From Thermodesulfobacteriota bacterium (GTDB taxonomy: Bacteria; Desulfobacterota_D; UBA1144; Nemesobacterales; JAZGCJ01): a stretch of 29,041 nucleotides of DNA. A model generated the notes under the pieces. The model saw only the letters and a list, made by a program, of their open reading frames with translations, did no database searches and was not told the origin of the DNA. Of the stretch, positions 1-9,320 are shown one piece after another (positions within the stretch are counted from its first letter, which is position 1; every line of letters starts with the position of its first letter). The position numbers and the translations under genes were made by a program. The stretch covers positions 1 through 29,041 of the forward strand of contig JAZGCJ010000206.1 in assembly GCA_036476895.1 (NCBI GenBank), written 5' to 3'.

Positions 1-91
1 GTTTGGAATCATGTATCCAAGGAAAATATTCCAATAAAGAATCTAAAACTGTCTAAAGATCGTTGGACTTCTTCAAAAGGAGGAGAATTAG

Positions 92-301
92 ATGAATAAA
101 GACGGCGACAGAGTTCTAACAGCCATAGAACATTACGTTGATCAAATTCAGTATGAGATTGAAAAGGCTCATCGAAACAAGATTCATCTTAATTATGATG
201 AGCGGTGGAATCTTCAGAGGGAGTTAAACAAACTCGCTGATCTGCTGAGTGATTATGATGAAGATGGGTCTCTATACAAGGAAGAAGAAAATGTGGAATA
301 A
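92..301 (+). CDS. hypothetical protein (69 aa)
   Basis: ORF with AAAGGAGG RBS at 77-84, 7 nt before the ATG; coding-like composition. Confidence 0.6.
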   Translation: MNKDGDRVLTAIEHYVDQIQYEIEKAHRNKIHLNYDERWNLQRELNKLADLLSDYDEDGSLYKEEENVE

Positions 302-506
302 CATTAAGCAATGGTTCTGTGGTTTAGGTGGGCACACCAGAACCACAAAATCAATAAGGACTGATGCTGAACCTGGAAAAAATAAGATATTTGCATCGGT
401 GTCTTATTGTTCGGATTGTAAGTATATCTTATTTTCATCGAACAATTTAAATCAACTACCATATGACCAACGAGATTGGTTACAGGACTTAAATTAGGAG
501 GAAATA

Positions 507-707
507 ATGGTGAACAACAGAGGTGTAGGAATCGCAACAGCATGGTTGAAAGAGAAACATCATTCTTATGTGAGAGTGACGGATATAGCAGATGATGGTA
601 AGTTCACAATTAACTTCCAGAATGAGAAGTTCGAAACAAAGAGCTTAACTTTAGATGCAAGAGAATTGATTACAAGAGCAAGACTTGAAAGCTTTATGGG
701 AGTATGA
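507..707 (+). CDS. hypothetical protein (66 aa)
   Basis: TAGGAGG RBS at 495-501; stop overlaps the next start (ATGA). Confidence 0.6.
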   Translation: MVNNRGVGIATAWLKEKHHSYVRVTDIADDGKFTINFQNEKFETKSLTLDARELITRARLESFMGV

Positions 708-1141
708 TCATATATGTTAAATCAGATGAGAGGTTAATGTTTATTACTCCAATACTCATAGATACCATAACAAAGAAAGAATATAACGTATCGAAGATTA
801 CTCACAGTGATCCTCGTGCTGGCCTTAATTCTATAAGCATTACGTTAGAATGGCCTGATCCTCTGACCTGGAAGAAGGAAAGTAAAAAGGGTAGAATCTA
901 CCGATTGAAGGATAAAGATTCAAAGAAGTTTGATGAGTTCGTTCAATTGGTAGGTCATTCAGGATTACCCAATGGGTTGAGTAGTTATTTTCAGGTGGTA
1001 AATAATCTTATCGCAATGGAGCAAGCACATAAATATGGTAAAAAGAATCGGAAGGTTTTATATACACAAAAGAAAAGGGCTAAAAAATCCATACGAAATA
1101 AGAGACGAAGCAAAACAGAAAGTTCTGTGGAGAGGACATGA
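704..1141 (+). CDS. hypothetical protein with strongly basic C-terminus (KKNRKVLYTQKKRAKKSIRNKRRSK)
   Basis: ATGA coupling with the upstream gene; lysine/arginine-rich tail suggests nucleic-acid binding. Confidence 0.55.
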   Translation: MIIYVKSDERLMFITPILIDTITKKEYNVSKITHSDPRAGLNSISITLEWPDPLTWKKESKKGRIYRLKDKDSKKFDEFVQLVGHSGLPNGLSSYFQVVNNLIAMEQAHKYGKKNRKVLYTQKKRAKKSIRNKRRSKTESSVERT

Positions 1142-1340
1142 TCTTGAACGGGCGACAGAGGTTCTTAATGCCGTTCATAGGGATTTAACAAAGAGGCAGG
1201 CGAATGATCCACAAGTTTTGATATATGAACATATGAATGGGATAAGAAAATTGTCAAAGAAAAAGCTAAGGAAGTTGACAATCAAAGCATATAACAATTT
1301 GGAGGCAATCGATAAACTAGACGATTGGGGATTACTATAA
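1035..1340 (+). CDS. small protein of the C-terminal NNLEAID-tag family (…KAYNNLEAIDKLDDWGLL)
   Basis: ORF ends with the conserved module. The start is ambiguous: ATG at 1035 overlaps the upstream gene by about 100 nt; an alternative TTG at 1143 follows a GGAGAGGA RBS. Confidence 0.5.
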   Translation: MVKRIGRFYIHKRKGLKNPYEIRDEAKQKVLWRGHDLERATEVLNAVHRDLTKRQANDPQVLIYEHMNGIRKLSKKKLRKLTIKAYNNLEAIDKLDDWGLL

Positions 1341-1738
1341 TGGATGCGATGATTGATTTAAAGACTCGGAAACTGTATTACGTTCAAGCAGACTTTACTG
1401 CTGGTCAAGAAAAAGATTGGTTGAATATAAAATTAATTGGCATACCTAGTGAGCCTGGAAAAACTCCTTCGATGGATTTACTTTTAGGGCATCCATGTGT
1501 GGTGAAATTAGATGGCTATAACCATCATTATCATGTCGATAATCCATTATATGAGCAATCCAGTAATGGGCAAATGTTGTTTTATGGAGTGATGCTGGAT
1601 AAGTTATCATTATTAACCGGAACAGTTTTACGACTTGTTCCAGCATCTAATTTAGAACTGATGGCAGCATTGCATGGAGAAATATCAGAAAAGATTGAAG
1701 CATTCAAAGAATATGAAAAGGAAGCACAAATGCCATGA
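1340..1738 (+). CDS. hypothetical protein (~132 aa)
   Basis: TAATG stop/start overlap with the previous gene; an in-frame ATG at 1325 is also possible. Confidence 0.55.
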   Translation: MDAMIDLKTRKLYYVQADFTAGQEKDWLNIKLIGIPSEPGKTPSMDLLLGHPCVVKLDGYNHHYHVDNPLYEQSSNGQMLFYGVMLDKLSLLTGTVLRLVPASNLELMAALHGEISEKIEAFKEYEKEAQMP

Positions 1739-2229
1739 GAATAACATTAAAGGGTAAAGGAAAAGAATTAGAAGTAAGAACTGTACTGGATGGTGTGGGG
1801 GTGAGTATCTTTGGAACTGAAGCTTGGTTATATGGTAAAAATAAAACTATTCTACCATATCTTATGCATTATATACAAGGATATATTACTAAGGATGAAT
1901 TGAGTAATGTTTTGATTCATCATTATGGTTTAGAGAATTTGCACGTCACATCATTAATGGGAACAATAGATGAGCACGAACAAGACTGGAAAAAGTGGGC
2001 AAAAAATCCTCATCTCTGGTATGCTTACTATCATAAGGATATTGATGACCAAACGAAAGAGGTAACAATACGTCCAGCACAGGAAGATGATATGCCTCAA
2101 AACTATTCATCAGATTTAGAATCAGAGGATAAATTTTCAATGTACAAAAAAATGTTACAAGAATCACAGGAAACAAACAGAAATCTTGCAAGCATTCAAA
2201 GCAAATTGCAGACTTGGAGTCCAAGATGA
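1735..2229 (+). CDS. hypothetical protein (164 aa)
   Basis: ATGA overlap with the upstream stop; long ORF. Confidence 0.6.
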   Translation: MRITLKGKGKELEVRTVLDGVGVSIFGTEAWLYGKNKTILPYLMHYIQGYITKDELSNVLIHHYGLENLHVTSLMGTIDEHEQDWKKWAKNPHLWYAYYHKDIDDQTKEVTIRPAQEDDMPQNYSSDLESEDKFSMYKKMLQESQETNRNLASIQSKLQTWSPR

Positions 2230-2615
2230 GTGATAGACTAACATGTTGGGAAGGATTAACAATTTGTCGGTGTACGGCAAGTCAGGGCGGTTCAATTGCT
2301 CCTAATTCATGCGAACCAGAAGGACATATCGGTGTGATTTTAATGGATTGGTCGCCATTTCGTCCCACACAAACACCAAAATCTGTTACCTCTAAAGATA
2401 AAAAGATGGATGCATTCAGTTGTCAGTGTACTGACGAAGCTAAGGTTCTTCGGAACATCCATAATAAACTGGAAAGGATGTATTGGTACAGTAAAACGAC
2501 ACAGGAAGAAGTTGAGCAGGTTAAAAAAGTTCTTATCGAAGTCTGGTGGTTGGATAATTTGAAGCTGGTAGAAATCTTTGAGGCATACGATTTAAACGTG
2601 GAGATTAAAAAATGA
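2226..2615 (+). CDS. Cys-rich hypothetical protein with degenerate C-terminal tag (…WWLDNLKLVEIFEAYDL…)
   Basis: ATGA overlap at 2226; several Cys/His (CWEG…CRC…C…C…CQC) suggest metal binding. Confidence 0.55.
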   Translation: MSDRLTCWEGLTICRCTASQGGSIAPNSCEPEGHIGVILMDWSPFRPTQTPKSVTSKDKKMDAFSCQCTDEAKVLRNIHNKLERMYWYSKTTQEEVEQVKKVLIEVWWLDNLKLVEIFEAYDLNVEIKK

Positions 2616-3172
2616 TGTACTTTACATCAGATACACACTTCGATCATTTCAATATCATCCGGTACTGTAATCGTCCATTCAAAACAACTGAAGAAATGAA
2701 TGAGGCTATAATTAAGAATTGGAATGAGAGGATAAAGTCGAACGATACGGTCTATCACCTTGGAGACTTTGCGTTTGCTGGGAAAGAACGAATGGCAGAG
2801 ATTGGAGCAAGGCTCAACGGTAAGAAGTATTTGAAGATGGGGAATCATGACAAAGGACGGAAGCGATTGCTGGGAGCAGGATTCAAGTCTATAATACGGC
2901 CTGAATCTCAAACTGTGATGAGTTTGAGTGGAATTCATGTTAGGTTGTCACATTATCCCTATCGATATAAGTTTGAAGACGGGCAACAAAGAGATTTTCC
3001 CGCAGCACCAGAAGATGAGGGAATGATATTGTTATGTGGTCATGTGCATGAGAAGTGGAAGCTGAAGAACCGGATGCTAAATGTCGGTGTGGATGTGTGG
3101 GATTTCAAACCAGTCTCAGAAGATGAGATTATAGATTACATTCAAAAGAATATCTTAAAGGGGAAAAAATGA
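2612..3172 (+). CDS. calcineurin-like metallophosphoesterase (MPP superfamily)
   Basis: Motifs D-x-H (SDTHFDH), GD (HLGDFAF), GNHD and GHVH in canonical order and spacing. Confidence 0.8.
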   Translation: MMYFTSDTHFDHFNIIRYCNRPFKTTEEMNEAIIKNWNERIKSNDTVYHLGDFAFAGKERMAEIGARLNGKKYLKMGNHDKGRKRLLGAGFKSIIRPESQTVMSLSGIHVRLSHYPYRYKFEDGQQRDFPAAPEDEGMILLCGHVHEKWKLKNRMLNVGVDVWDFKPVSEDEIIDYIQKNILKGKK

Positions 3173-3444
3173 AACGAATACAGGTAACTACGAGAATGGA
3201 TGAAGCAGTCCTAAAGATGGTTGATGGAAACGTAGGAGCTACAACTGTGGTAGGACAGATCATGAAGAAGCTCCCACAAGATTGGATTATTCAATTAGCG
3301 TTTCTAGACGACCAAGAAATCTATGGTCCTGACATTTGGATTTGTTACAAGAACGTATGTGATTATGATCTTGATAAATTTATAGACGAGAATAAACACA
3401 ATAAGCTTAAAGGTTTGTTAGCGGAGTATAAGAAGCAGAAATAA
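3169..3444 (+). CDS. hypothetical protein (91 aa)
   Basis: ATGA coupling; GGGGAAAAAATG RBS. Confidence 0.6.
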   Translation: MKRIQVTTRMDEAVLKMVDGNVGATTVVGQIMKKLPQDWIIQLAFLDDQEIYGPDIWICYKNVCDYDLDKFIDENKHNKLKGLLAEYKKQK

Positions 3445-3474
3445 GCAGTAAATACAACTAAGGAGAAGGTAATA

Positions 3475-3675
3475 ATGAAGGGTACAGTAAAGTGGTTCAA
3501 CAAAAGTAAAGGATACGGGTTCATTACCAAAGAAGGCGGAGGCGATGTATTTTTACATTTCTCTGCAATTCAAGGTGACGGATACAAAGAAGTCCGAGAA
3601 GGTGAAGAAGTGGAGTTCGATATAGAGACAGGAGAGAAAGGCGAGAAAGCAACAAACGTAAAAAGACAGTCATAA
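3475..3675 (+). CDS. cspA: cold-shock protein, CspA family (CSD/OB-fold, RNP1/RNP2 motifs KGYGFI / VFLHFS)
   Basis: [17 protein letters not shown]…DVFLHFSAI… is near-canonical CspA; AAGGAGAAGG RBS. Confidence 0.9.
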   Translation: MKGTVKWFNKSKGYGFITKEGGGDVFLHFSAIQGDGYKEVREGEEVEFDIETGEKGEKATNVKRQS

Positions 3676-3980
3676 GTTATCAACACGTATCAGTAGTTAA
3701 TACGGTAGCATAAGTTACTGTTGTGTTTGTATTACAGCCCCTAGTCGCATTAAGGGAGGAATTACAAGTACTATGGTGGGTAACGTCACAATCATGCTAT
3801 TTGTATAGTAGAGTAGAAGCAAGGCTGTATTATACTACTAATGCTATAGCATAAGTTTACGCACTTAATGTGTCATAACTGATACATTGGAGTAATTCAT
3901 GCGATAGGGAAACTATGTTGCATACTAGACAATTGTCTGGAAAGGTAGCCAACTTCCCGAAAATTTTGTATTATATAAGT
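3671..3980. promoter_or_regulatory. 330-nt non-coding region with iteron-like repeats and an extended -10 promoter in front of the AAA+ gene
   Basis: 11-mer TAGCATAAGTT at 3706-3716 and 3847-3857 plus GTCATAAGTT at 3669-3678; TGTATTATA (TG-n-TATTAT) at about 3967-3976, roughly 35 nt before the ATG. Confidence 0.4.
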
Positions 3981-4010
3981 GGGACTAACTAAAAAAAAAC
4001 TGGAGGCAGT

Positions 4011-5399
4011 ATGAAATTAGATTCGAAACGAAATAAGGTGAAGATGAAAGACTTAACCAAAGACGACTTAATCGATATAGAAAGGTGGGGATTTTGGCAT
4101 AGGTCATATCAATCACATTTCTTTCAGAACTTCTTAGACGTGAGACATGTGGAGGAGGTTGACTTCAGTTCTCATGTGGCACCCCATGCGGAAGGATTAT
4201 CAATTCGATTTATCCTTGAAGAATTCTTTAAGACGAAAAAGATCAAGGTTGAAAAGATAGTCAACATCGGTAACGATAGTGATTATGCCCCAAGAGTCTC
4301 AAACATTGAATATGAGAATGGAAAGTTTCGTAGTTGCTTGTTAATTGGGCAGTACATGTTGGATATTAATAAAGAGAAATATCTTTTATCGGTGGATACA
4401 TTATCTCAGGGGTTCATGGACTTTGTTTTCGTTGCACGAAAAGAAGCAAAGATTAAGGCGAAAGACCTAACAACGGACTTGACCACCTATGCTTCTTCTC
4501 ATAATTATCTGAAAGGCAAGAAGATTGATGGAGACTTAACGCTGATTGATTTGAAACGAAAGTATGGGTGGGATGATTTAATCTTAGATAAGTACACAAA
4601 TAAAGAATTACAGACTAATCTTATGAATCTGATTGATAATGTAGAAGTGTATGAGAAGAATAATCTTCCTCTCAAAAGAGGATTGATTATATCAGGAGAG
4701 CCAGGAACAGGAAAGAGTTTACTCGGAAAGATTCTGTGTCACAAGACTGACTGGACATTCATATGGGTGACACCGAAGAATTTTCATGATATTGAAAGTG
4801 TATCGAACATCATGAAAACGGCACGCATGTTAGGACCCACCATCTTATTTCTCGAAGACATTGATTTGTATGGTAAACATAGAGACCAGAATGCATTGGC
4901 TTCTTTGTTGGGGGAACTTATGAATCAGCTAGATGGAATCGAGGATAATAATTATGTCGTGACAATTGCTACGACAAATAATCAAGATGCCTTAGAGAAA
5001 GCGTTAATCAATAGACCTGGCAGGTTTGATAAGGTTATTAGATTTAACAGCCCGACGAATAAGTGCCGAGAACAAATGTTCAAAACTTTCATTGGTCATT
5101 TACGAATGGATGCGGATATTGATATGGAAGAATTGATAGACCGGACGGATAGATTGACAGGGGCACAGGTTAAAGAGGTTGTAAATCAAGCTGTTCTGCA
5201 AGCCATTGATTTTAAGTCATATGATGAGAACAAGATTCTAACGCTAAAGAAAAAGCATTTCGAGATTGCATTAAATCAGACCCGTAATAAAGACTTTAAG
5301 GCTGCGGTAGGGTTTGGGCTTGGGATAAATGGAAATGGACAAGATAATGCTGAAGTACAACCAACATATACTGAACCACCAATGGAGACGGGACCGTAA
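4011..5399 (+). CDS. AAA+ ATPase (classical AAA clade) with an unassigned 230-aa N-terminal domain
   Basis: Walker A GEPGTGKS, Walker B ILFLEDID, second region of homology TTNNQDALEKALINRPGRFD, C-terminal helical lid; GGAGG RBS. Confidence 0.9.
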   Translation: MKLDSKRNKVKMKDLTKDDLIDIERWGFWHRSYQSHFFQNFLDVRHVEEVDFSSHVAPHAEGLSIRFILEEFFKTKKIKVEKIVNIGNDSDYAPRVSNIEYENGKFRSCLLIGQYMLDINKEKYLLSVDTLSQGFMDFVFVARKEAKIKAKDLTTDLTTYASSHNYLKGKKIDGDLTLIDLKRKYGWDDLILDKYTNKELQTNLMNLIDNVEVYEKNNLPLKRGLIISGEPGTGKSLLGKILCHKTDWTFIWVTPKNFHDIESVSNIMKTARMLGPTILFLEDIDLYGKHRDQNALASLLGELMNQLDGIEDNNYVVTIATTNNQDALEKALINRPGRFDKVIRFNSPTNKCREQMFKTFIGHLRMDADIDMEELIDRTDRLTGAQVKEVVNQAVLQAIDFKSYDENKILTLKKKHFEIALNQTRNKDFKAAVGFGLGINGNGQDNAEVQPTYTEPPMETGP

Positions 5400-5548
5400 T
5401 GGCCCAAACACCACGACACGTAGATCAAGATACTTTAGATAAAATGAATAAAGAGTGGTACCATAAAGGTTGGTTGAATGGCCTTATAATTGGTGCTGCG
5501 ATTGCAACCATTATTGCTCTTGGTATAGTAATGGTGGCGATACTCTAA
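5399..5548 (+). CDS. small membrane protein (49 aa, one TM helix LIIGAAIATIIALGIVMVAIL)
   Basis: TAATG overlap with the AAA+ stop; absent from the ORF track only because it is under 60 aa. Confidence 0.4.
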   Translation: MAQTPRHVDQDTLDKMNKEWYHKGWLNGLIIGAAIATIIALGIVMVAIL

Positions 5549-5552
5549 GAAG

Positions 5553-5753
5553 ATGAGAATGAAACACACATTAATCGCATTGTTATTGTTATTCACAGCA
5601 GTTGTTCGCATTCCAATGAAAGGTACACACACGTACAAAGATATTGTGGAAGTGCATGTGTTTCCTAATGCGTATCATTATCGATTAACATTGACGGATG
5701 GACGTACAGTCTATGTTCCTATGTTGTGGACAATCATTGAAGAAAACAAATGA
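5553..5753 (+). CDS. small protein with N-terminal signal/TM segment (MRMKHTLIALLLLFTAVV)
   Basis: ORF with hydrophobic N-terminus; ATGA overlap with the next gene. Confidence 0.5.
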   Translation: MRMKHTLIALLLLFTAVVRIPMKGTHTYKDIVEVHVFPNAYHYRLTLTDGRTVYVPMLWTIIEENK

Positions 5754-5968
5754 GTGAGAAGATAGGATTTACAGAACAGTTCAAAATTGAGGAGATTGAA
5801 TATTTCAATCTTCAGGTTCAACAACCTCCCAAAATTTGTGTTAAATGTGGTGTTAATTTAAGCATAATTGATGGATGGATTGATATCAAAGGTACTGGTT
5901 TCTGTGGAGAGTGTGTTAAAAAAGTTTTCATGATCAATACAGACGGAGGAAAAGATGCGAACAGCTAA
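5750..5968 (+). CDS. zinc-ribbon small protein (CVKCG…CGEC)
   Basis: Two CxxC pairs about 25 aa apart. Confidence 0.55.
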   Translation: MSEKIGFTEQFKIEEIEYFNLQVQQPPKICVKCGVNLSIIDGWIDIKGTGFCGECVKKVFMINTDGGKDANS

Positions 5969-6203
5969 AGAATGTTATATGTGGTATGCAGACTTTCAAG
6001 AGACTAGGATAAAGATGGATTTGTTATTACTACGTCTACAGATGGCTGCTGGGACGAAAGCAGATTTTATGAAAGTGACTGAGGAATTAGCGAAGACAGT
6101 AGAAAAAATTTACCGAGATGTTTACGATAAGGTAGAAGATAAATGGTTAAAACAATACGGGGTTGGACGTAGGAAAAAAGAAACAAAGTTGGAGGTATTA
6201 TGA
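5955..6203 (+). CDS. hypothetical protein (82 aa)
   Basis: Overlapping ORF in an operon-like array. Confidence 0.5.
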   Translation: MRTAKECYMWYADFQETRIKMDLLLLRLQMAAGTKADFMKVTEELAKTVEKIYRDVYDKVEDKWLKQYGVGRRKKETKLEVL

Positions 6204-6490
6204 AATCATCAGTAGATTGGGAGAAAGAAAAGGTTTTATCAGAGGATATCATTTGGTGGTCAAAGCTTGATAACAGATTTTTAATTCAAGTTAGACGATT
6301 GAGGGAAAATGAAGCAACAATGTGTATATTTGATCACGATAATGATGATGAAATGATGAGTTGTGAGCAGGTTTCACTTGCTTACGGAGCCATCTATGGT
6401 CCAGATGTAGCTGATATAGCGACATGGCAAGAAAGGGCTGTCGAAATTGTAGATCATTTCCCAAAGAAAAAAACAAAGGAAGATAAATGA
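6200..6490 (+). CDS. hypothetical protein (96 aa)
   Basis: ATGA coupling; GGAGG RBS. Confidence 0.55.
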   Translation: MKSSVDWEKEKVLSEDIIWWSKLDNRFLIQVRRLRENEATMCIFDHDNDDEMMSCEQVSLAYGAIYGPDVADIATWQERAVEIVDHFPKKKTKEDK

Positions 6491-6783
6491 AAAAGGTCTT
6501 AGAGTTACTGGAGATAAATGACGGTCTCTACATCGTACCAGAGGAGATTGCTGAGATAACAATAATTAAAGATGGTAAAGTGTTTGGTCCTCAGCATCTT
6601 GGTCATACACTTATCACACTCAAAAATGGTAACTCTCATATAGCTCCGCTTGCTCTTCTCAAACTATTTCAGAATTGGTCTATATCTGGTCAAGGCTCAG
6701 GCTTTGAAGGTGTGGATATTTACACAATCTACAAAGATGAGGAAGAGCTTAAGGCAGAGCTTAAGACAGACTCGAAGGAGTGA
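6487..6783 (+). CDS. hypothetical protein (98 aa)
   Basis: ATGA coupling. Confidence 0.55.
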   Translation: MKKVLELLEINDGLYIVPEEIAEITIIKDGKVFGPQHLGHTLITLKNGNSHIAPLALLKLFQNWSISGQGSGFEGVDIYTIYKDEEELKAELKTDSKE

Positions 6784-7265
6784 CATTTATCATAAATGTA
6801 CCTATCGAGTTTTCCATAAGACCAGATGATTATAAGACAAGGGTTCGAAGCCGAAGAGGGTTTGAATACGTTAATCATATCGATGGTTGGGATCGTTTAG
6901 ATAAGAACAGACGCAGAGCCGATTGGTATTTTGAAAGAGTTGTGAATGATTGTTTGTCGGTATGGGATCAATCCGAAGCTTTTAGACATGAGAAACAATT
7001 ACACCAAGGAAGAAAAGTTTGTAGTTGCATGGATAGTCTTACTTGTCGGTGTTTAGAACGCTTGCTATTGGTTAGAATACTTGATTATTTACAATCCCGC
7101 AAAGGTAATGGTGTAAGAGTATCTTACATTCCTTTAGTGAGAGCATGGTTCGTAGCGGAGTATGGTATTTGGCATTACGATATGAATAACTTAAAGATTA
7201 TAGAAGCATGGGACAGTTTTGAATTGGAGGAAGAATATGGCAAAGCTACGAAAGAATGTGTGTAA
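6780..7265 (+). CDS. hypothetical protein with degenerate C-terminal tag (…YDMNNLKIIEAWDSFEL…)
   Basis: ORF with GTGA start coupling and a tag-like C-terminus. Confidence 0.55.
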   Translation: MTFIINVPIEFSIRPDDYKTRVRSRRGFEYVNHIDGWDRLDKNRRRADWYFERVVNDCLSVWDQSEAFRHEKQLHQGRKVCSCMDSLTCRCLERLLLVRILDYLQSRKGNGVRVSYIPLVRAWFVAEYGIWHYDMNNLKIIEAWDSFELEEEYGKATKECV

Positions 7266-7686
7266 TCTTGGTAGACCATCAACAACCATACATGCAGTTA
7301 AACGAGATATAAATCTCAATAAATTAACAGACAATGAATTGTTTTTAACCATCATGGATAGCATAAAGGTGGGGGCTATTCATAAACTCCAAAAGGTAAA
7401 AGGTCAGAAGCGTGTTTGGGCTAACAGAGCAGTATTTTATTTAGGTAAGAATAATAAAATGATAGTGGAAAATATACTCACTACTCTTAATAGCGAGTAT
7501 CGATTAATTATTGTGGCACCTCGCAAAGGATGGGATGTACGTTTTCCAACCACAACGAAATTCAATTATTACTTAGATTGTATGTTATGGGCGTTACCTA
7601 AGTTTTATGATATAGGTGGTGACTTGAACGTTTCAGAAGGAGTTGAATATTCATATAAAAAATGTAGGAGACCAAGATCAATATGA
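7237..7686 (+). CDS. hypothetical protein (~149 aa)
   Basis: ATG at 7237 is preceded by GGAGG at 7227-7231; in frame with the longer ORF 7219-7686. Confidence 0.55.
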   Translation: MAKLRKNVCNLGRPSTTIHAVKRDINLNKLTDNELFLTIMDSIKVGAIHKLQKVKGQKRVWANRAVFYLGKNNKMIVENILTTLNSEYRLIIVAPRKGWDVRFPTTTKFNYYLDCMLWALPKFYDIGGDLNVSEGVEYSYKKCRRPRSI

Positions 7687-8381
7687 GCGAAGAGAATAAA
7701 GAAAAGAAAGAAAAGAATTGGGCAACCAAGTTAGCTGAAGATGAGGCTAAGAAAGAGGCAGATGCGGTACCAAACTGGAAGCGTGTAGTAAATGGTATTG
7801 GAAAGGTAGTTAATACAATAACGACTCAGATTAATAATGAGTTACAAAAGAAACAACAGTTGAAAGCTCTAAGACGAGACCAAGCTATAGGTTTGTTAAA
7901 GCCGACGAATCCACCCTCACCAGAACAAATCTTTAGAAAGGAAGGGGCAGGATACGATCCTGAGAATCCTATGAAGCCAGTTCAAGATGGAAATATAAAT
8001 GTTGGGAATGGTGGTAACACTATTCGATTTCAAACAGGGAATATACCAAGATTTGACATAGATGAAGAGACAGGATTCTATCGTAATGCAACGAAGGAAG
8101 GTTTTATTAAGCGACCAGCAAAGCGGATAAAAATCAAGAAGATTAGAGGTGATACAATAATAAACACTGGCTTCGATAAAGATGTTAAAGACATGGTAGG
8201 TCCTGCTGATGGAAAACTCAAAGAGGTTAAACTGAATGAGCACTATTACCAGGTGAATGTTAAATGCTTCAATTGTCAGGAAACGTATACGTTTGGGATT
8301 CCAAGAGGTACAATGGCTCAAGGGTTTCTGGCTAAACAGCCATGTAAGAAGTGTGGTGTTAAATACTTGAGAAAATACTAG
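7683..8381 (+). CDS. hypothetical protein with C-terminal zinc ribbon (CFNCQ…CKKCG)
   Basis: 232-aa ORF; ATGA coupling; TAG stop. Confidence 0.6.
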   Translation: MSEENKEKKEKNWATKLAEDEAKKEADAVPNWKRVVNGIGKVVNTITTQINNELQKKQQLKALRRDQAIGLLKPTNPPSPEQIFRKEGAGYDPENPMKPVQDGNINVGNGGNTIRFQTGNIPRFDIDEETGFYRNATKEGFIKRPAKRIKIKKIRGDTIINTGFDKDVKDMVGPADGKLKEVKLNEHYYQVNVKCFNCQETYTFGIPRGTMAQGFLAKQPCKKCGVKYLRKY

Positions 8382-8389
8382 GAGAAAGG

Positions 8390-8686
8390 ATGAACAACTT
8401 CTATAAATTAGCAACATTAGTAAAAAGTAAACAACAAAAGATTAAACCTACAGGATATCCTAAGATTGAACCCTTAAAGACTTTTTGCAACACGTGTGGC
8501 TCTCCGATGTTGAAAAAAACATTTATTCGGTTCAAAGGATATAGTACGATATCGGGGAAAGCTCATTATAAAGAAGTAAGTCAAGATATATGTTCGTTGA
8601 CTAGGGTAACTTTTTTTAAGCTACCTTTCATTTTAGCTGATCGGAAAGTGTTTGGATATGCTAACGGACATGATGATTATTTATGA
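8390..8686 (+). CDS. hypothetical protein (98 aa)
   Basis: GGAGAAAGG RBS; stop overlaps the next start. Confidence 0.5.
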   Translation: MNNFYKLATLVKSKQQKIKPTGYPKIEPLKTFCNTCGSPMLKKTFIRFKGYSTISGKAHYKEVSQDICSLTRVTFFKLPFILADRKVFGYANGHDDYL

Positions 8687-9033
8687 GATTAAAGAAACAT
8701 CCAAAGATCATAGTCAAAACAATTAACAAAGGATTTCAAAAAGATATCAAGGCTACGTTTGATTTTAATGATGGGATGATACCAAAAGCTCAGGATATTG
8801 TATCATTAGGTGGAGCTACTAAGAAATGGATTGAATTTGCAAAGTGGAAAAAGAAACCAGAGATGACTCGCAAAGATGGTGAGACGTTTATAAAAGCATG
8901 GAAGAATGGATATGTATGTTATGAGGGAAGTAAGAGAAGATGGTACAAGAGTACAATTAAAAAACATCTCTTGAATGAAATGATAGATAATCTTGAAGCT
9001 ATAGATTTATTGAGAGAGAATGATTTGTTATGA
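8683..9033 (+). CDS. NNLEAID-tag family protein (…KKHLLNEMIDNLEAIDLLRENDLL)
   Basis: Conserved C-terminal module; first of three tandem family members. Confidence 0.6.
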   Translation: MRLKKHPKIIVKTINKGFQKDIKATFDFNDGMIPKAQDIVSLGGATKKWIEFAKWKKKPEMTRKDGETFIKAWKNGYVCYEGSKRRWYKSTIKKHLLNEMIDNLEAIDLLRENDLL

Positions 9034-9320
9034 AGAAACTATCAACAACGGATTTAGTAAAGTCCATAACGGTACTCCGCTCAACCGCAGTTCGAAAAGG
9101 TGATATAGTGCTGTTAAGTAATGGTACATCGTGTATTATTACAGGTGATGGAATGACACGAAAACAAATCAAGACTTATTTATCCATGATGAAAAAGGAT
9201 TTAGATAGGAAACGATCTTATGTGGTTCCTAAGAATGTGAGAAAGTATGTTATTAAACACGCAGCAAATAATTTAGACGCAATTGACTTATTGGAGAAAT
9301 ATGGATTCTTACAAATTTAA
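9030..9320 (+). CDS. NNLEAID-tag family protein (…RKYVIKHAANNLDAIDLLEKYGFLQI)
   Basis: Conserved C-terminal module; ATGA coupling. Confidence 0.6.
   Translation: MKKLSTTDLVKSITVLRSTAVRKGDIVLLSNGTSCIITGDGMTRKQIKTYLSMMKKDLDRKRSYVVPKNVRKYVIKHAANNLDAIDLLEKYGFLQI

Noticed and set aside
249-497. Plus-strand ORF 249-497 (82 aa, contains CSDCKY)
   Set aside because: Its 5' third overlaps gene 92-301 in another frame. An internal ATG at about 291 would give a 69-aa CxxC protein filling the 301-507 gap, but I could not find an RBS. Left uncalled rather than asserted.
304-543. All minus-strand ORFs in the six-frame track (for example 304-543, 1946-2224, 7917-8417, 13034-13351, 21733-22119, 23780-24157)
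   Set aside because: Every one lies antisense inside a well-supported plus-strand gene. They lack RBSs and interrupt the tight ATGA-coupled plus-strand array. They are shadow ORFs of an AT-rich genome.
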